Made by a program: the position numbers and the translations under genes. From assembly GCF_000531125.1 (NCBI RefSeq), contig NZ_CBTK010000248.1, positions 47,770-71,769 of the forward strand: a stretch of 24,000 nucleotides of DNA, given 5' to 3'. The notes beneath the pieces were generated by a model that saw nothing but the letters and a program-made list of their open reading frames with translations, had not been told where the DNA came from and did no database searches. This stretch comes from Candidatus Contendobacter odensis Run_B_J11. Lineage in GTDB: Bacteria > Pseudomonadota > Gammaproteobacteria > Competibacterales > Competibacteraceae. Of the stretch, positions 14,281 to 24,000 are shown one piece after another. How positions within the stretch are numbered: the stretch's first letter is position 1; each line of letters opens with the position of its first letter.

Positions 14281-14943
14281 TTATTTCAGTTTCTGGTGAA
14301 TTTCAATCAGCTTCGCTTCCTCGCCCATCACCACCAGCACATCGTCCTGCGCCAGCAGGTAAGCAGCGTCAGGCACCAAAGGCGCGGCTTTTTCCGCCGC
14401 TGGCTTGATGGCCAGCAGATGCACATGGTAGCGGTTGAGCAATCCCAGTTCATCGACCCTCCGTCCGACAAAACTGGGCGGCGCCTGTAGAGTGAGCGCG
14501 AAATAGCCATCGCCCAGCGCGACCGCATCCAGCAATTTCGAGCGCGAATAGTGAATCAGGTGCGCGGTCTTGACTGCGATCTCCCGCTCCGGCTGCACCA
14601 CATCGCTGGCTCCGATCAGAGTCAGAATTTTAGCCTGATCGGTGTTGGCAACTTTGACCAGCACCCGGGGAATACCCAATTCCCGCAGATAATGGGTGAG
14701 CAATACGCTGGTCTCGAAGCGCTCGCCCACATCCACCGCCACCACATCCATGCTGCGGATGCCAAGATCCTTGAGCGCCTCGCGGTCAGCGACATCGGCG
14801 ACCAGCGCCTTGTTGACGTAACGCATGATCTCCTGTACCCGGTTCTCGTTTCGATCCACCGCCATGACTTCATCGCCGAGTTCGTGCAGGGTGCAGGCCA
14901 GATGAAAGCCGAAATCTTCCAGTCCCAATACCGCAATGCGCAT
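14281..14943 (-). CDS. TrkA/KtrA-type K+ uptake regulatory subunit (RCK: TrkA-N plus TrkA-C), with an atypical dinucleotide-binding loop
   Basis: At 220 aa, MRIAVLGLEDFGFHLACTLHELGDEVMAVDRNENRV parallels the KtrA N-terminus, and a TrkA-C-like C-terminal half is present. The GxGxxG loop reads GLEDFG. Confidence 0.85.
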   Translation of the reverse strand: MRIAVLGLEDFGFHLACTLHELGDEVMAVDRNENRVQEIMRYVNKALVADVADREALKDLGIRSMDVVAVDVGERFETSVLLTHYLRELGIPRVLVKVANTDQAKILTLIGASDVVQPEREIAVKTAHLIHYSRSKLLDAVALGDGYFALTLQAPPSFVGRRVDELGLLNRYHVHLLAIKPAAEKAAPLVPDAAYLLAQDDVLVVMGEEAKLIEIHQKLK

Positions 14944-14965
14944 CGCCCATTCTCCTTATCGTGGG

Positions 14966-16324
14966 TTAACCGATCATGACTTGCTCTTCCGCATAGGACA
15001 CGGCTGGGCGTGGCGTCTGCCCGGCCAAAGCGAGGGCGATAGTCAGCGGTCCCAGCCGACCGATAAACATCAGCGCCATGATTAAAATTTTACTGCCATC
15101 GTTCAGTTGCGAGGTAATGCCGGTGGACAACCCTGCCGTACCCAACGCTGACACTACCTCAAACAGCAGGCCCAGCGACCATTCGACCGTGCGTGGATGG
15201 AACTGGCCGCTGACCTGCAAGGCGGACAGCAGGATGACCCCGAGGATGACGAGAACGAAGGCCAGCGCTACGACCGAAGTCGCCTTGGCGACATTGGCTT
15301 CCGGCACGCTGCGATTGAACAGCCGTACTCCGCGCTCACCCCGAAAGCGCGACCGCGCCAAGGCCAGCAACACCCCCAGGGTAGTAGCCTTGATGCCGCC
15401 GGCGGTCGAACCGGGGCAACCGCCGATCAGCATCAACACCATGGTGAAATACAGCGTCGCGGCGGTGGCCTGCCCGTAATTGATCGTGTTGAAACCGGCG
15501 GTGCGGGGGGTGACGGACGCAAACCAACCGGTCAGCAGGGTTTCCTTCAGGCTCATATTCACCAGGAGATTGGCGCGCTCCAGCATCAAAAATCCCACCA
15601 TGCCCGTCAGCAGCAGCGCTGCCGTCAGGGCCAACGCGACCTTGGTATGCAGGCTAAGCGACTTCCGCTGCCGCCGCAGGCGATATAACACCCAGCGCGC
15701 TAATTCCGCCAGCACCGCGAAACCCATCCCGCCCAGAATGATCAGCAGCGAAATTGGTAACACGATCCCGGCGTTAGCCCGATCCGCTACCAAATTATCG
15801 GGACGCAGGCCAAACCCGGCGTTGCAGAAGGCGCTGACCGAGTGAAATACCGAAACCCAGAGCGCCTGATCCAGCGGCTGACGCTGGCTCTCGGCTAGAA
15901 ACAGAACCACTGCGCCCAGCGCCTCGATGACCAGTGTCCATAACAACACTTGCCGCAACAGCAAACCCAGGCTGACCCGCTGGCTAAGGGCGAAACTGCC
16001 CTGCACCGCATCCTGGCTGGAAAACGACAGCGCATGGCCCATTAGCAGAATCAGCGTAGTAGACAGGGTGGTGATGCCCAAACCGCCGATTTGCACCAGG
16101 CCGAGCAGCACCGCCTGGCCAAAACCGTTCAATGCACTGCCGGGATCGACCACTGCCAACCCGGTGACGCACACTGCGCTGGTGGCCATAAACAGCGCGT
16201 CAATAAAAGGAATCGGATACCTCGCGCTGGCGATAGGCAGGGCCAGTAGCACCCCGCCGGTGAAGATAGTGGCGGCGAAGCCGAAAACCAGCAACCGGGC
16301 AGGATGGCGGAGCAGGCGAATCAT
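14966..16324 (-). CDS. TrkH/KtrB-family K+ transporter membrane subunit
   Basis: It is a 452-aa polytopic protein. Four pore-loop glycine motifs are visible (IGGLGIT, NAGFGL, TAGFNT, STAGGIK / TAGLSTG). It lies immediately upstream of the TrkA-like gene. Confidence 0.9.
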   Translation of the reverse strand: MIRLLRHPARLLVFGFAATIFTGGVLLALPIASARYPIPFIDALFMATSAVCVTGLAVVDPGSALNGFGQAVLLGLVQIGGLGITTLSTTLILLMGHALSFSSQDAVQGSFALSQRVSLGLLLRQVLLWTLVIEALGAVVLFLAESQRQPLDQALWVSVFHSVSAFCNAGFGLRPDNLVADRANAGIVLPISLLIILGGMGFAVLAELARWVLYRLRRQRKSLSLHTKVALALTAALLLTGMVGFLMLERANLLVNMSLKETLLTGWFASVTPRTAGFNTINYGQATAATLYFTMVLMLIGGCPGSTAGGIKATTLGVLLALARSRFRGERGVRLFNRSVPEANVAKATSVVALAFVLVILGVILLSALQVSGQFHPRTVEWSLGLLFEVVSALGTAGLSTGITSQLNDGSKILIMALMFIGRLGPLTIALALAGQTPRPAVSYAEEQVMIG

Positions 16325-16375
16325 CAGGTTGGCGCTCGGTGGTTTTTTGGGGTAGTCACGCGGATAGAACTCTGG

Positions 16376-17095
16376 TTAACGCTCGACCGCCCGGATTTCC
16401 ATGCGCAATTCTTCCTTGCCATCCTTCTCCTGTGAAATGCGCGCCAGCAAGTATTGCTTTCCGGGCGCTACCCAGAACGTGGTCATTCGGGTCTTGCCGG
16501 GGGTGTATTGGTTGATGCGCACCGTGCGCAAGGGTCCGAGCGGAGTATCCAGCGTTTCTTCACCCTGATTGCGAATCTGGTAGGTCTTGATCTCGGTTTT
16601 GTCCACGAGGCTGTATTGGCTGGGCACTTGGCCGCGCTGCAAATCTCCCATGACCACCAGTTGCAGGCTCAGTGGGTCCACGACGCCGGGCGCAAGCGGC
16701 AGCGTGGCCTGTTCCGAATTGTAGCGGGCCTGAACCTGAGCGGCTGACCAGTCAAAGCGCAGTTGCATCTGATTGGATTTCCTGCCGGTATCCAGCAACC
16801 GTTCGTACTGAATTGGACGGATCGTGCCATGGTGGATTTCGCCGCTGACCTGTTCGTGGATACGCCCCGACGCCAGTAGGGCAACCAGGCCGTTAGGACG
16901 AACATCGGAACTCATCTGGTAGGCGCCGGGCGCGGTGGTGGTCAAGGTGATGACCGCTTCGCCGATGGAAAACCCGGAGGCGTACACCTCGTAACGGGCT
17001 TGGAACGGCGTGACGGGCAAGCCGTCGGCGGCCACTGCCAACGGAGCAAGGAGCAATGAACTAACCAGTGTGAAGGCGCGGATCAGCGGTTTCAT
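16376..17095 (-). CDS. DUF3108 domain protein (secreted/periplasmic)
   Basis: FQARYEVYASGFSIGEAVITL... and the overall beta-rich pattern are typical of DUF3108. I place the start at ATG 17095 (MKPLIRAFTLVSSLLLAPLAVAADG, a signal peptide) rather than the track start 17164. Confidence 0.7.
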   Translation of the reverse strand: MKPLIRAFTLVSSLLLAPLAVAADGLPVTPFQARYEVYASGFSIGEAVITLTTTAPGAYQMSSDVRPNGLVALLASGRIHEQVSGEIHHGTIRPIQYERLLDTGRKSNQMQLRFDWSAAQVQARYNSEQATLPLAPGVVDPLSLQLVVMGDLQRGQVPSQYSLVDKTEIKTYQIRNQGEETLDTPLGPLRTVRINQYTPGKTRMTTFWVAPGKQYLLARISQEKDGKEELRMEIRAVER

Positions 17096-17286
17096 CCGGG
17101 GGTGCGTCCTCGCCGGCGCACGGGCCGGCCAACGATTCAGGGATAACAGCGACACGCGCATCATAGAGCATTCCGGGGGCAGCGGATGAGCGGGGGCAAG
17201 CCATCCGCTTTGAGAACGATTTTGAATAGTACAGCCTGAACCGGACCGGTTAAGCTCGCGCCATCATTCCTCATGAGGATTCACCA

Positions 17287-18678
17287 GTGAGAAACAGCCT
17301 GTTCATCAAGATCGCCCTGATTTTCCTGATTACCCTTGTGCTTGCGGTCGGGCTAACCCGGATCGGGTTCCTGGTGGACGAGCGCGCCGGTCGCCGTGAT
17401 AGCGTAGTTGCAGAAATTGCCGCCGCCACTGCCCGTGATCAAACCCTGGTGGGGCCGGTGCTGGTCATTCCCTACACCCGCATTGTCAAGACGCTCAAAT
17501 CCAGCGACAAGGATACCGACAAGATGACGGAGGTGGAAAAACGCTTTTCGGATCGAATCTATCTGTTGCCCGCTGAACTGGATCTTCAAGCCAGCCTGAA
17601 CACCGAACAGGTGCGCCGCAGCCTTTATCACGCCGTGGTGTTTGGCGCCAATATCGCGGTCAAGGGACGCTTTACTACCGAAGGCGAGTTACTTAAACCC
17701 CCTGGCGCGAACGAGCTGATCACCCTCGGTGAGCCACGGCTGATAGTCGGCATTACTGACCCACGGGGTATCCTGCGGGCGCCGGTGTTAACGTGGGCAG
17801 GCCGGCGCCTCGACTTTCTGCCGGGCACCGGCGAGGACAAAATGCCGAACGGGATTCAGGCCCGGATCGGCGGGCTGAATCTTGAAGGGCCGTGGTCTGC
17901 GGAGTTCGCGTTCTCGCTCGACCTGCGTGGCACCCAAGCCATCGGCCTCGCTCCAGTGGGCGATACCACCCGGATTACGGTACACGGCAACTGGCCGCAT
18001 CCCAGCTTCTACGGACAATTCCTGCCGGAAACCCGTGAAGTGACTGCCAATGGTTTCTCCGCCACCTGGTCTACCACCCGGCTGGCTACCAACATGATCC
18101 ATCAACTGAACGCTGCATTACGCAGCGATCGGGGACTCGACACTTTGCTGGGAGTGCGCTTTGTCGATCCAGCGGATAGTTACGCTCAAACCGACCGGGC
18201 GATTAAATACGGGCTGCTGTTCATTGGCCTGACCTTCGCCGCTTTCTTTCTGTTCGAGGTACTCAAGCGGCTGGCGATCCATCCGTTCCAGTACAGCCTG
18301 ACCGGCGCGGCGCTGGTATTGTTTTACTTGCTGCTGCTGTCGTTATCCGAGCATCTCGATTTCGGAATTGCCTACGCTATTGCTACCGCCGGCTGCGTAA
18401 TGCTACTGGGCTACTATCTGGTTTATGTCCTGGGCAGTGTCGCTCGAGGCGTAAGCTTCGGGGTACTGCTCACTGCCGTGTTCGGGATTCTCTATGTATT
18501 AATCAGTCTGGAAGATCATGCCCTGCTGGCCGGATCAGTGACTCTGTTCGGCTGTTTGGCGCTGGTGATGGTTCTCACCCGCAAGGTGGACTGGTATCAG
18601 TTGGGCGATGCGGTGAGCGCACGACGCAGCAAGGGGATAAACAGCGGTTCGCCATCGGGTGAATCCAGCGTGGATTGA
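17287..18678 (+). CDS. creD: Cell envelope integrity inner-membrane protein CreD
   Basis: The N-terminal TM segment is followed by LVDERAGRRDSVVAEIA (compare E. coli CreD ...VIVERADYRSDVEDAI). It has a large periplasmic region and a C-terminal cluster of TM helices. It starts at GTG with GAGGA 7 nt upstream. Confidence 0.85.
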   Translation: MRNSLFIKIALIFLITLVLAVGLTRIGFLVDERAGRRDSVVAEIAAATARDQTLVGPVLVIPYTRIVKTLKSSDKDTDKMTEVEKRFSDRIYLLPAELDLQASLNTEQVRRSLYHAVVFGANIAVKGRFTTEGELLKPPGANELITLGEPRLIVGITDPRGILRAPVLTWAGRRLDFLPGTGEDKMPNGIQARIGGLNLEGPWSAEFAFSLDLRGTQAIGLAPVGDTTRITVHGNWPHPSFYGQFLPETREVTANGFSATWSTTRLATNMIHQLNAALRSDRGLDTLLGVRFVDPADSYAQTDRAIKYGLLFIGLTFAAFFLFEVLKRLAIHPFQYSLTGAALVLFYLLLLSLSEHLDFGIAYAIATAGCVMLLGYYLVYVLGSVARGVSFGVLLTAVFGILYVLISLEDHALLAGSVTLFGCLALVMVLTRKVDWYQLGDAVSARRSKGINSGSPSGESSVD

Positions 18679-18861
18679 TAGGGGTGAGAAAGCGCAGAAG
18701 TAATGAAGAGGACAGATCGTCCGGGATCAGTGCCATCCAGCGGTCGGTTGGATGAATTTCGGGCTAAACTACTCACTGGGATGAATTGTGCTGCGTTTCC
18801 ACAACTCAAATAGACTTGCTACAGCTCCCATTCCAACAAAATATGACGAGGCGATCAGGCA

Positions 18862-19974
18862 ATGATGCGAGTAGGTTTGATAGGTTGGCGCGGGATGGTA
18901 GGTTCGGTACTCATGGATCGGATGCGGGCGGAGAATGATTTTGCTCTGATCGAGCCGGTGTTCTTCACCACTTCCAGCGTGGGGGGGCAAGGTCCAGACA
19001 TTGGTCAGGGCGCACCGCCTCTGAAAGACGCCAAATCAGTGACTGATTTACAGGCGCTGGACGTCATCATCACTTGTCAGGGCGGCGACTACAGCACCGA
19101 AATCTATCCGCAACTACGCGCTGCTGGCTGGAACGGCTACTGGATTGACGCCGCTTCGACCCTGCGGATGAAGGATGACGCGGTTATCGTCCTCGATCCG
19201 GTCAATCGCAATGTGATTCAGGACGCGCTGGCGCGAGGCGTGAAAGACTATATCGGCGGTAACTGCACCGTCAGCCTGATGTTGATGGGCTTGGGCGGAC
19301 TGTTTACTCAGGGGCTGGTGGAATGGATGAGCGCCATGACCTATCAGGCCGCCTCCGGCGCTGGTGCTCAAAACATGCGCGAGCTGATTCAGCAGATGGG
19401 CGTTATTCACGACGCGGTGGCGGACCGGCTGGCCGATCCGGCTTCGGCGATTCTGGAGATTGACCGGATCGTGGCTGAAACCCTCCGTTCCAGCGACCTC
19501 CCGACCCAGAACTTTGGAGCGCCGCTGGCCGGCAGCCTGATCCCCTGGATTGACAAGCAACTTGACAACGGTCAGAGCCGCGAGGAATGGAAAGGTCAGG
19601 CCGAGACCAATAAGATTCTCGGTCGCTCCAGCTATCCGATTCCGATTGATGGCTTGTGTGTGCGGGTGGGCGCGATGCGTTGCCACAGCCAGGCGTTGAC
19701 CATCAAACTGACCCGTGCTGTGCCGCTGGATGAAGTGGTGGAGATCATCGGCGCTGCCAATCCCTGGGTGAAGGTGGTACCCAATCAGCGCGAGATTTCC
19801 ATGCGTGAACTCACTCCGGCTGCGGTCACCGGAACCTTGACGGTGCCGGTAGGCCGGCTGCGCAAGCTCAACATGGGGCCGGAATACCTGGCGGCGTTCA
19901 CCTGCGGCGATCAGTTGCTATGGGGCGCGGCTGAACCGCTGCGGCGGATGTTGCGTATCCTGCTGGAACGCTAA
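18862..19974 (+). CDS. asd: Aspartate-semialdehyde dehydrogenase
   Basis: It is nearly colinear with E. coli Asd: [37 protein letters not shown] (active-site Cys), [33 protein letters not shown]. Confidence 0.97.
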   Translation: MMRVGLIGWRGMVGSVLMDRMRAENDFALIEPVFFTTSSVGGQGPDIGQGAPPLKDAKSVTDLQALDVIITCQGGDYSTEIYPQLRAAGWNGYWIDAASTLRMKDDAVIVLDPVNRNVIQDALARGVKDYIGGNCTVSLMLMGLGGLFTQGLVEWMSAMTYQAASGAGAQNMRELIQQMGVIHDAVADRLADPASAILEIDRIVAETLRSSDLPTQNFGAPLAGSLIPWIDKQLDNGQSREEWKGQAETNKILGRSSYPIPIDGLCVRVGAMRCHSQALTIKLTRAVPLDEVVEIIGAANPWVKVVPNQREISMRELTPAAVTGTLTVPVGRLRKLNMGPEYLAAFTCGDQLLWGAAEPLRRMLRILLER

Positions 19975-20166
19975 ATCGCCTTCCGAATCGTATCCAAATC
20001 GCGGAAATCCCGATTAAGTAGTATCTTTAATGGGAAGCTTCAAGCCCGATCAGGCTCGACCGGCGGCTTGAAGTGGGACAGTCGCCTGCCCGTCGTGGCC
20101 GGCGGCAGCATCCAAGCCAATCCCGCTGGCCATAACGACTCTCCGGCGGCGGAATGGAGACAGGTC

Positions 20167-22416
20167 ATGCCGACCAGGATATTACTCCGACTATTCCTTT
20201 TAGCCGGGCTGGCAGCGCCGCTGTGCGCCTTTGCCTTGGGGGTTGGTCAACTCGAAGTGCGCTCGTCGCTCAATCAAATCTTCGAGGCCGAAATTCCCCT
20301 GATCATCAGCAATCCCGCCGAACTCACTGGCCTGACCGTGCGGCTTCCGCGGCAGCAGGACTTCGACCGGGCCGGCGTCGAGCGGCTGGAATTGCTCTCG
20401 AAGCTGCGTTTATCGGTGCGGACGCCACCCGGTGGCCCGAATGTCATCAAGGTGACGTCGGTTGAGCCGATCCGCGAACCGAACTTCAATCTCCTGCTGG
20501 AGCTGACCTGGCCGCGCGGTCGGCTGATTCGCGAGTTCCCGGTTCAGCTCGACCCCGAACTCTACGCCAACCGTCGCCCGCCGCCATTACCGTCGGCACC
20601 CATTGTGACTCCACCGCCGATTGCGGTCGCGCCACCGGTACAGAAACTCCCCGCAACTCCGGTTTTGCCGCCGGCTCCGCCGGTCAGTTTTGAAGGAGCT
20701 TCATTCTATGGGCCGGTCAAACCGGGGGAAACTCTGGCAGCAGTTGCCCGCCGGGTTCGGCCTTCGCCCGCCGTCAACGTGCCGCAAATGATGGCGATTC
20801 TGATAGCAGGCAACCCGGAAGCGTTTGCCAACGGCAATCCCAATACCCTACGCGCCGGCGCGACCCTCAAGGTGCCTAATCCGCAAGCGATGGGTATGAT
20901 GGGTATGACCGGTACACCCGCTACACCGCCAGCGGCTCCAGGATTGGCCGTAATCACTCCGCCGCCGGTCGAACCCACCGCCCCAGAACCCCCCATTGCG
21001 CCACTGCTGGAGCCGGCACCGGTACCGGCGCCTCCACCCTTGGCGGCTGAACCGCCAGCGCCGCCCGCTACAGCCACAGCGCCCCAGATTCCGTCGGCTT
21101 CGCAACCTGAAACCGCGCCGCCGCCCTTTTTATCGCCGGCCGAGCAACCACGGGAAATCGTTCCCCAGGCCAGTATTCCGCAGCCGGTCGAGTCACCCCC
21201 ACCCGTCGCCAGCACCATGCCTGAACCGGCGCCAATGCCCGCTGTTGCCCCACCGCAACAACCGGCCCCCGCCACCAAACCTCCAGCGCCCCAGCCTGTC
21301 GTGGACAACGAGATCAGTTGGATGTCCAATCCAGTGGTTTGGGTCGCGATTGCGTTGATCGTACTGGCGATTGGCTCGGTGCTGCTGTTGCCGCTGCTCC
21401 GGCGGCCCGCCCGCCCGAAGATTCTGGCGACAACAGCGGAATCTGCTGCTGCACCGGCAGATTCCGGCACAGCGGAGGTTACAACGACGCGCACCCAAAT
21501 TCGCGAACCGCGATCGGCACGGTCACAACCCATCGCCCCTGGGTTGGCGGCCATGGCAGCAGGGTTGCTGCGCGGGGCCGCGCCGACGCCTCAACCCACC
21601 ACCCGATTGCTGCTCAAGGATCATGACGAAGCCGGTCCTGCGTCCAAGCCGGTGGTCACGCCCGCGCCCAAGCCGATTGGTGAATTGCTCAAGGATATGG
21701 ATTTTGGTCTGAACCGGGTTCAGACCGCAGTCGCCAGCAACAACGGTACCGCGCCTGACATTAAGGCACCGCTGTTCGAAGCCGAACCACCTACCGCATC
21801 GATCACGCGACGGCCTGTTAATCCATTCGCCGCTGCGTCCCCGGGGGAACCTGCAACGAAGCCTGTAGAATCCTCCCCGTTCCAGGCGGAGGAACTGCCG
21901 TCTGAACTACGGCTGGACGGCATGGACTTCGATTTCGGGGATTTGGGATTGGAAAAAACCGCTCGACCGCAGCCGGTTGATTTGCCACCGCTGGAAATGG
22001 GCCGAGGCGCTCTGGATTCGAAGCCCATCCCTCCGCCGTCACCAGGATTTGCCGGACAGAAGGCAGCCGCGCCGCTGGTTAAACCCGCACCACCCGCGCT
22101 GCAAGATCTGAAGTTTGAGTTCGCCGATGTCACCCAGGAATATGGCAAATCCGGCGGGTCCGATGATCCGTTGCGGCTCGATGCGGAATTGCAGGATTTT
22201 GGCGGCGATACGTTGTCGCTTGGTAAAATGGCGGTTGAATCTGGCGGTCGCGCCGAGGCATCCGCCGATTATGTAGAAACCAAGCTGGATCTCGCCACCG
22301 CCTATCTGGATATGGGTGATCAAGTGGGAGCGCGCAGTTTGCTGGATGATGTTCTTAATGAGGGTGATGCTGCCCAGAAGCAACGTGCTGGAGCATTGCT
22401 CAAGCAACTGGGCTGA
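20167..22416 (+). CDS. fimV: FimV-family peptidoglycan-binding (LysM) polar/pilus-assembly scaffold protein
   Basis: It has a signal peptide (ILLRLFLLAGLAAPLCAFA) and the N-terminal FimV motif LGVGQLEVRSSLNQIFEAEIPL. It also has a LysM segment (YGPVKPGETLAAVARRV...LRAGATLKVP), a Pro-rich spacer, a TM helix (VVWVAIALIVLAIGSVLLLPLL) and the FimV C-terminal motif TKLDLATAYLDMGDQVGARSLLDDVL. I start it at ATG 20167 rather than the track start 20068. Confidence 0.9.
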   Translation: MPTRILLRLFLLAGLAAPLCAFALGVGQLEVRSSLNQIFEAEIPLIISNPAELTGLTVRLPRQQDFDRAGVERLELLSKLRLSVRTPPGGPNVIKVTSVEPIREPNFNLLLELTWPRGRLIREFPVQLDPELYANRRPPPLPSAPIVTPPPIAVAPPVQKLPATPVLPPAPPVSFEGASFYGPVKPGETLAAVARRVRPSPAVNVPQMMAILIAGNPEAFANGNPNTLRAGATLKVPNPQAMGMMGMTGTPATPPAAPGLAVITPPPVEPTAPEPPIAPLLEPAPVPAPPPLAAEPPAPPATATAPQIPSASQPETAPPPFLSPAEQPREIVPQASIPQPVESPPPVASTMPEPAPMPAVAPPQQPAPATKPPAPQPVVDNEISWMSNPVVWVAIALIVLAIGSVLLLPLLRRPARPKILATTAESAAAPADSGTAEVTTTRTQIREPRSARSQPIAPGLAAMAAGLLRGAAPTPQPTTRLLLKDHDEAGPASKPVVTPAPKPIGELLKDMDFGLNRVQTAVASNNGTAPDIKAPLFEAEPPTASITRRPVNPFAAASPGEPATKPVESSPFQAEELPSELRLDGMDFDFGDLGLEKTARPQPVDLPPLEMGRGALDSKPIPPPSPGFAGQKAAAPLVKPAPPALQDLKFEFADVTQEYGKSGGSDDPLRLDAELQDFGGDTLSLGKMAVESGGRAEASADYVETKLDLATAYLDMGDQVGARSLLDDVLNEGDAAQKQRAGALLKQLG

Positions 22417-22449
22417 GAGTTAAAACAATCAGTGTTGGTGATCGCCATG

Positions 22450-22481
22450 CCCCTCCTCCGCTTGCGGGGGAGGGGTTTTTT
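22450..22481 (+). terminator. Rho-independent terminator downstream of fimV
   Basis: The GC-rich hairpin CCCCTCCTCCG-cttg-CGGGGGAGGGG (one U:G pair) is followed directly by TTTTTT. It lies in the 75-bp gap between the convergent fimV and DUF2126 genes. Confidence 0.75.
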
Positions 22482-22491
22482 ATGCAGTCGC

Positions 22492-24000
22492 TCAGTCTTC
22501 GCGCCGCCGCAAATCCAGCGTGTGCGGGAAGTTCGGGTTGACTTCTTCGGCGGGCGCGATCATCGCTCCCGGCGTATGCCCATAAGGCCAGAACCGGGCA
22601 AAGCGCCGTGCTTCGGCTTCGTTGGCGTTGACCGGGAAAGTGTCGGGATTGCGCCCACCCGGATGCATCACGTGGTAGGTGCAACCGCCGATGGATCGCC
22701 GGTTCCAGGTATCCACCAGATCAAACACCAGCGGCGCGTGAACTGGAATGGTGGGATGCAGCGCCGACGGCGGCTGCCAGGCGCGGTAACGAACGCCGGC
22801 GACAAATTCGCCTGGAACACCGGTGGATCGTAGCGGTACCCGCCGCCCGTTGCAGGCCACGATATGCCGCTCGCCGATCATTCCGCTGATCTTGATCTGC
22901 ATCCGTTCTACCGAAGAGTCTACATAACGGGCAGTGCCGCCCAAAGCCTGCTCCTCGCCCAAGACATGCCACGGCTCCAGCGCTTGCCGCAACTCCAGTT
23001 CGATGTCCTGTTGCACAATCGCGCCATAGTACGGAAAGCGGAACTCGAAGAACGGCAGGAACCAGTCGCTCTCAAACGGGAAACCGGCCTGATTCAACTC
23101 ATCGGTCACACCCTTGAAGTCCTGCCAGACGTAATGTGGCAGCATGAACTGATCGTGAATCTGGGTGCCCCAGCGCACCAGCCGCCGATTGGGATACGGC
23201 TGCTTCCAGAACTGCGCCACCAGCGCCCGCAACAACAACATCTGCATCAGGCTCATCCGGGCGTGCGGCGGCATTTCAAAAGCGCGCATCTCCACCAGTC
23301 CCAGCCGCCCAGTGGCGCTGTCCGGCGAATACAGCTTATCAATGCAGAACTCGGCGCGGTGGGTGTTGCCGGTCAAATCCACCAGCAAATTGCGCAGCAG
23401 CCGGTCTACCAGCCACGGCTGCGGCACTTCGCCTGCGGGCATTTCCCGGAAGGCAATTTCCATTTCGTACAAGCTGTCGTTACGCGCCTCGTCCACCCGT
23501 GGCGCCTGGCTGGTCGGGCCGATGAACATGCCGGAAAACAGATAAGACAGGCTGGGATGGTGCTGCCAGTAGGTGATCAGGCTGCGGAGCAATTCAGGTC
23601 GCCGCAGAAAGGGGCTGTCACTCGGCGTGGCTCCGCCCAGGGTGACGTGATTGCCGCCGCCGGTGCCGGTATGGCGACCGTCCAGCATGAACTTCTCAGT
23701 GCCCAGCCGTGACTGCCGGGCATCCTCGTACAGCCCTTCGATGTTCTGTTTCAGCGACTGCCAGTCACCCACCGGATGAATGTTGACTTCGATCACGCCG
23801 GGGTCGGGAGTGACCGCGAATTTGCGCAGCCGCCAGTCCGATGGCGGGGCATAACCTTCCACCAGCACCGGCATTTTCAAGGCAGCGGCGGTCTGTTCGA
23901 CGCAGGCCAGCAGGTCGAGATAGTGTTCCAGCCGCTCCAGGGGCGGCATGAACACATACAAATGGCCCTCGCGCGGCTCCACACACAGTGAAGTATGGAT
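22492..24000 (-). CDS. Large transglutaminase-family / DUF2126 (putative amidoligase) protein, 5'-partial (continues beyond window end)
   Basis: ...[26 protein letters not shown]...[16 protein letters not shown]... is the conserved DUF2126 core as I recall it. The frame stays open upstream of the track start (a GTG at 23982) to position 24000 ([12 protein letters not shown]), so the true N-terminus is off-window. Confidence 0.7.
   Translation of the reverse strand: MHTSLCVEPREGHLYVFMPPLERLEHYLDLLACVEQTAAALKMPVLVEGYAPPSDWRLRKFAVTPDPGVIEVNIHPVGDWQSLKQNIEGLYEDARQSRLGTEKFMLDGRHTGTGGGNHVTLGGATPSDSPFLRRPELLRSLITYWQHHPSLSYLFSGMFIGPTSQAPRVDEARNDSLYEMEIAFREMPAGEVPQPWLVDRLLRNLLVDLTGNTHRAEFCIDKLYSPDSATGRLGLVEMRAFEMPPHARMSLMQMLLLRALVAQFWKQPYPNRRLVRWGTQIHDQFMLPHYVWQDFKGVTDELNQAGFPFESDWFLPFFEFRFPYYGAIVQQDIELELRQALEPWHVLGEEQALGGTARYVDSSVERMQIKISGMIGERHIVACNGRRVPLRSTGVPGEFVAGVRYRAWQPPSALHPTIPVHAPLVFDLVDTWNRRSIGGCTYHVMHPGGRNPDTFPVNANEAEARRFARFWPYGHTPGAMIAPAEEVNPNFPHTLDLRRRED

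Noticed and set aside
18734-18760. 6-bp hairpin CATCCA-N9-TGGATG followed by AATTTC, downstream of creD
   Set aside because: The stem is short, the loop is large and the U-tract is poor, so it is not convincing as a terminator.
20706-21554. 282-aa minus-strand ORF inside fimV
   Set aside because: It is a Gly/Ala-rich antisense frame of the Pro-rich (CCN-codon) spacer of FimV, with no start context or motifs.
22864-23712. 282-aa plus-strand ORF
   Set aside because: It is antisense to the DUF2126 gene, whose minus-strand frame carries the conserved family core.
1-24000. CRISPR arrays, tRNA/rRNA genes, toxin-antitoxin pairs, retron, restriction or other defence modules
   Set aside because: I saw no regularly spaced short direct repeats and no cloverleaf-compatible sequence in any intergenic gap. 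No small paired ORFs or defence-associated domains (nucleases, helicases, reverse transcriptase and so on) appear in any frame I read.

Overview
GC-rich (about 60% or higher outside two lower-GC patches) proteobacterial chromosomal segment. It is probably gammaproteobacterial, because the asd-fimV adjacency and the HemW, QueG and CreD proteins resemble enterobacterial and Pseudomonas homologues. Most of the window is ordinary core genome: hemW, queG, a PfkB adenosine kinase, a TrkH/TrkA-type K+ uptake pair plus a HIT protein, DUF3108, creD, asd, fimV, and the C-terminal part of a large DUF2126/transglutaminase-family protein.

The ORF track omits edge-truncated ORFs. A 248-codon minus-strand ORF (1..744) with an internal 92-aa tandem duplication is therefore missing from it.

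The non-routine parts are:
- A co-directional minus-strand run of a long CoA-transferase, an FHA-sigma54 enhancer-binding protein, and a lower-GC MBOAT plus AlgJ/AlgX-like O-acyltransferase pair with no polysaccharide synthase nearby.
- A translationally coupled pair of Gln/His-rich, almost proline-free helical proteins that I cannot assign to a family. Their 5' end abuts a 5'-truncated CDF metal-exporter remnant.
- A decayed ISL3-family transposase remnant with its right inverted repeat, plus a separate 175-bp MITE-like element carrying the same inverted repeats 27 bp upstream of the CoA-transferase start.

I found no CRISPR array, tRNA, rRNA or recognisable defence system. The system-level ideas below are hypotheses from sequence reading only; no database search was run.
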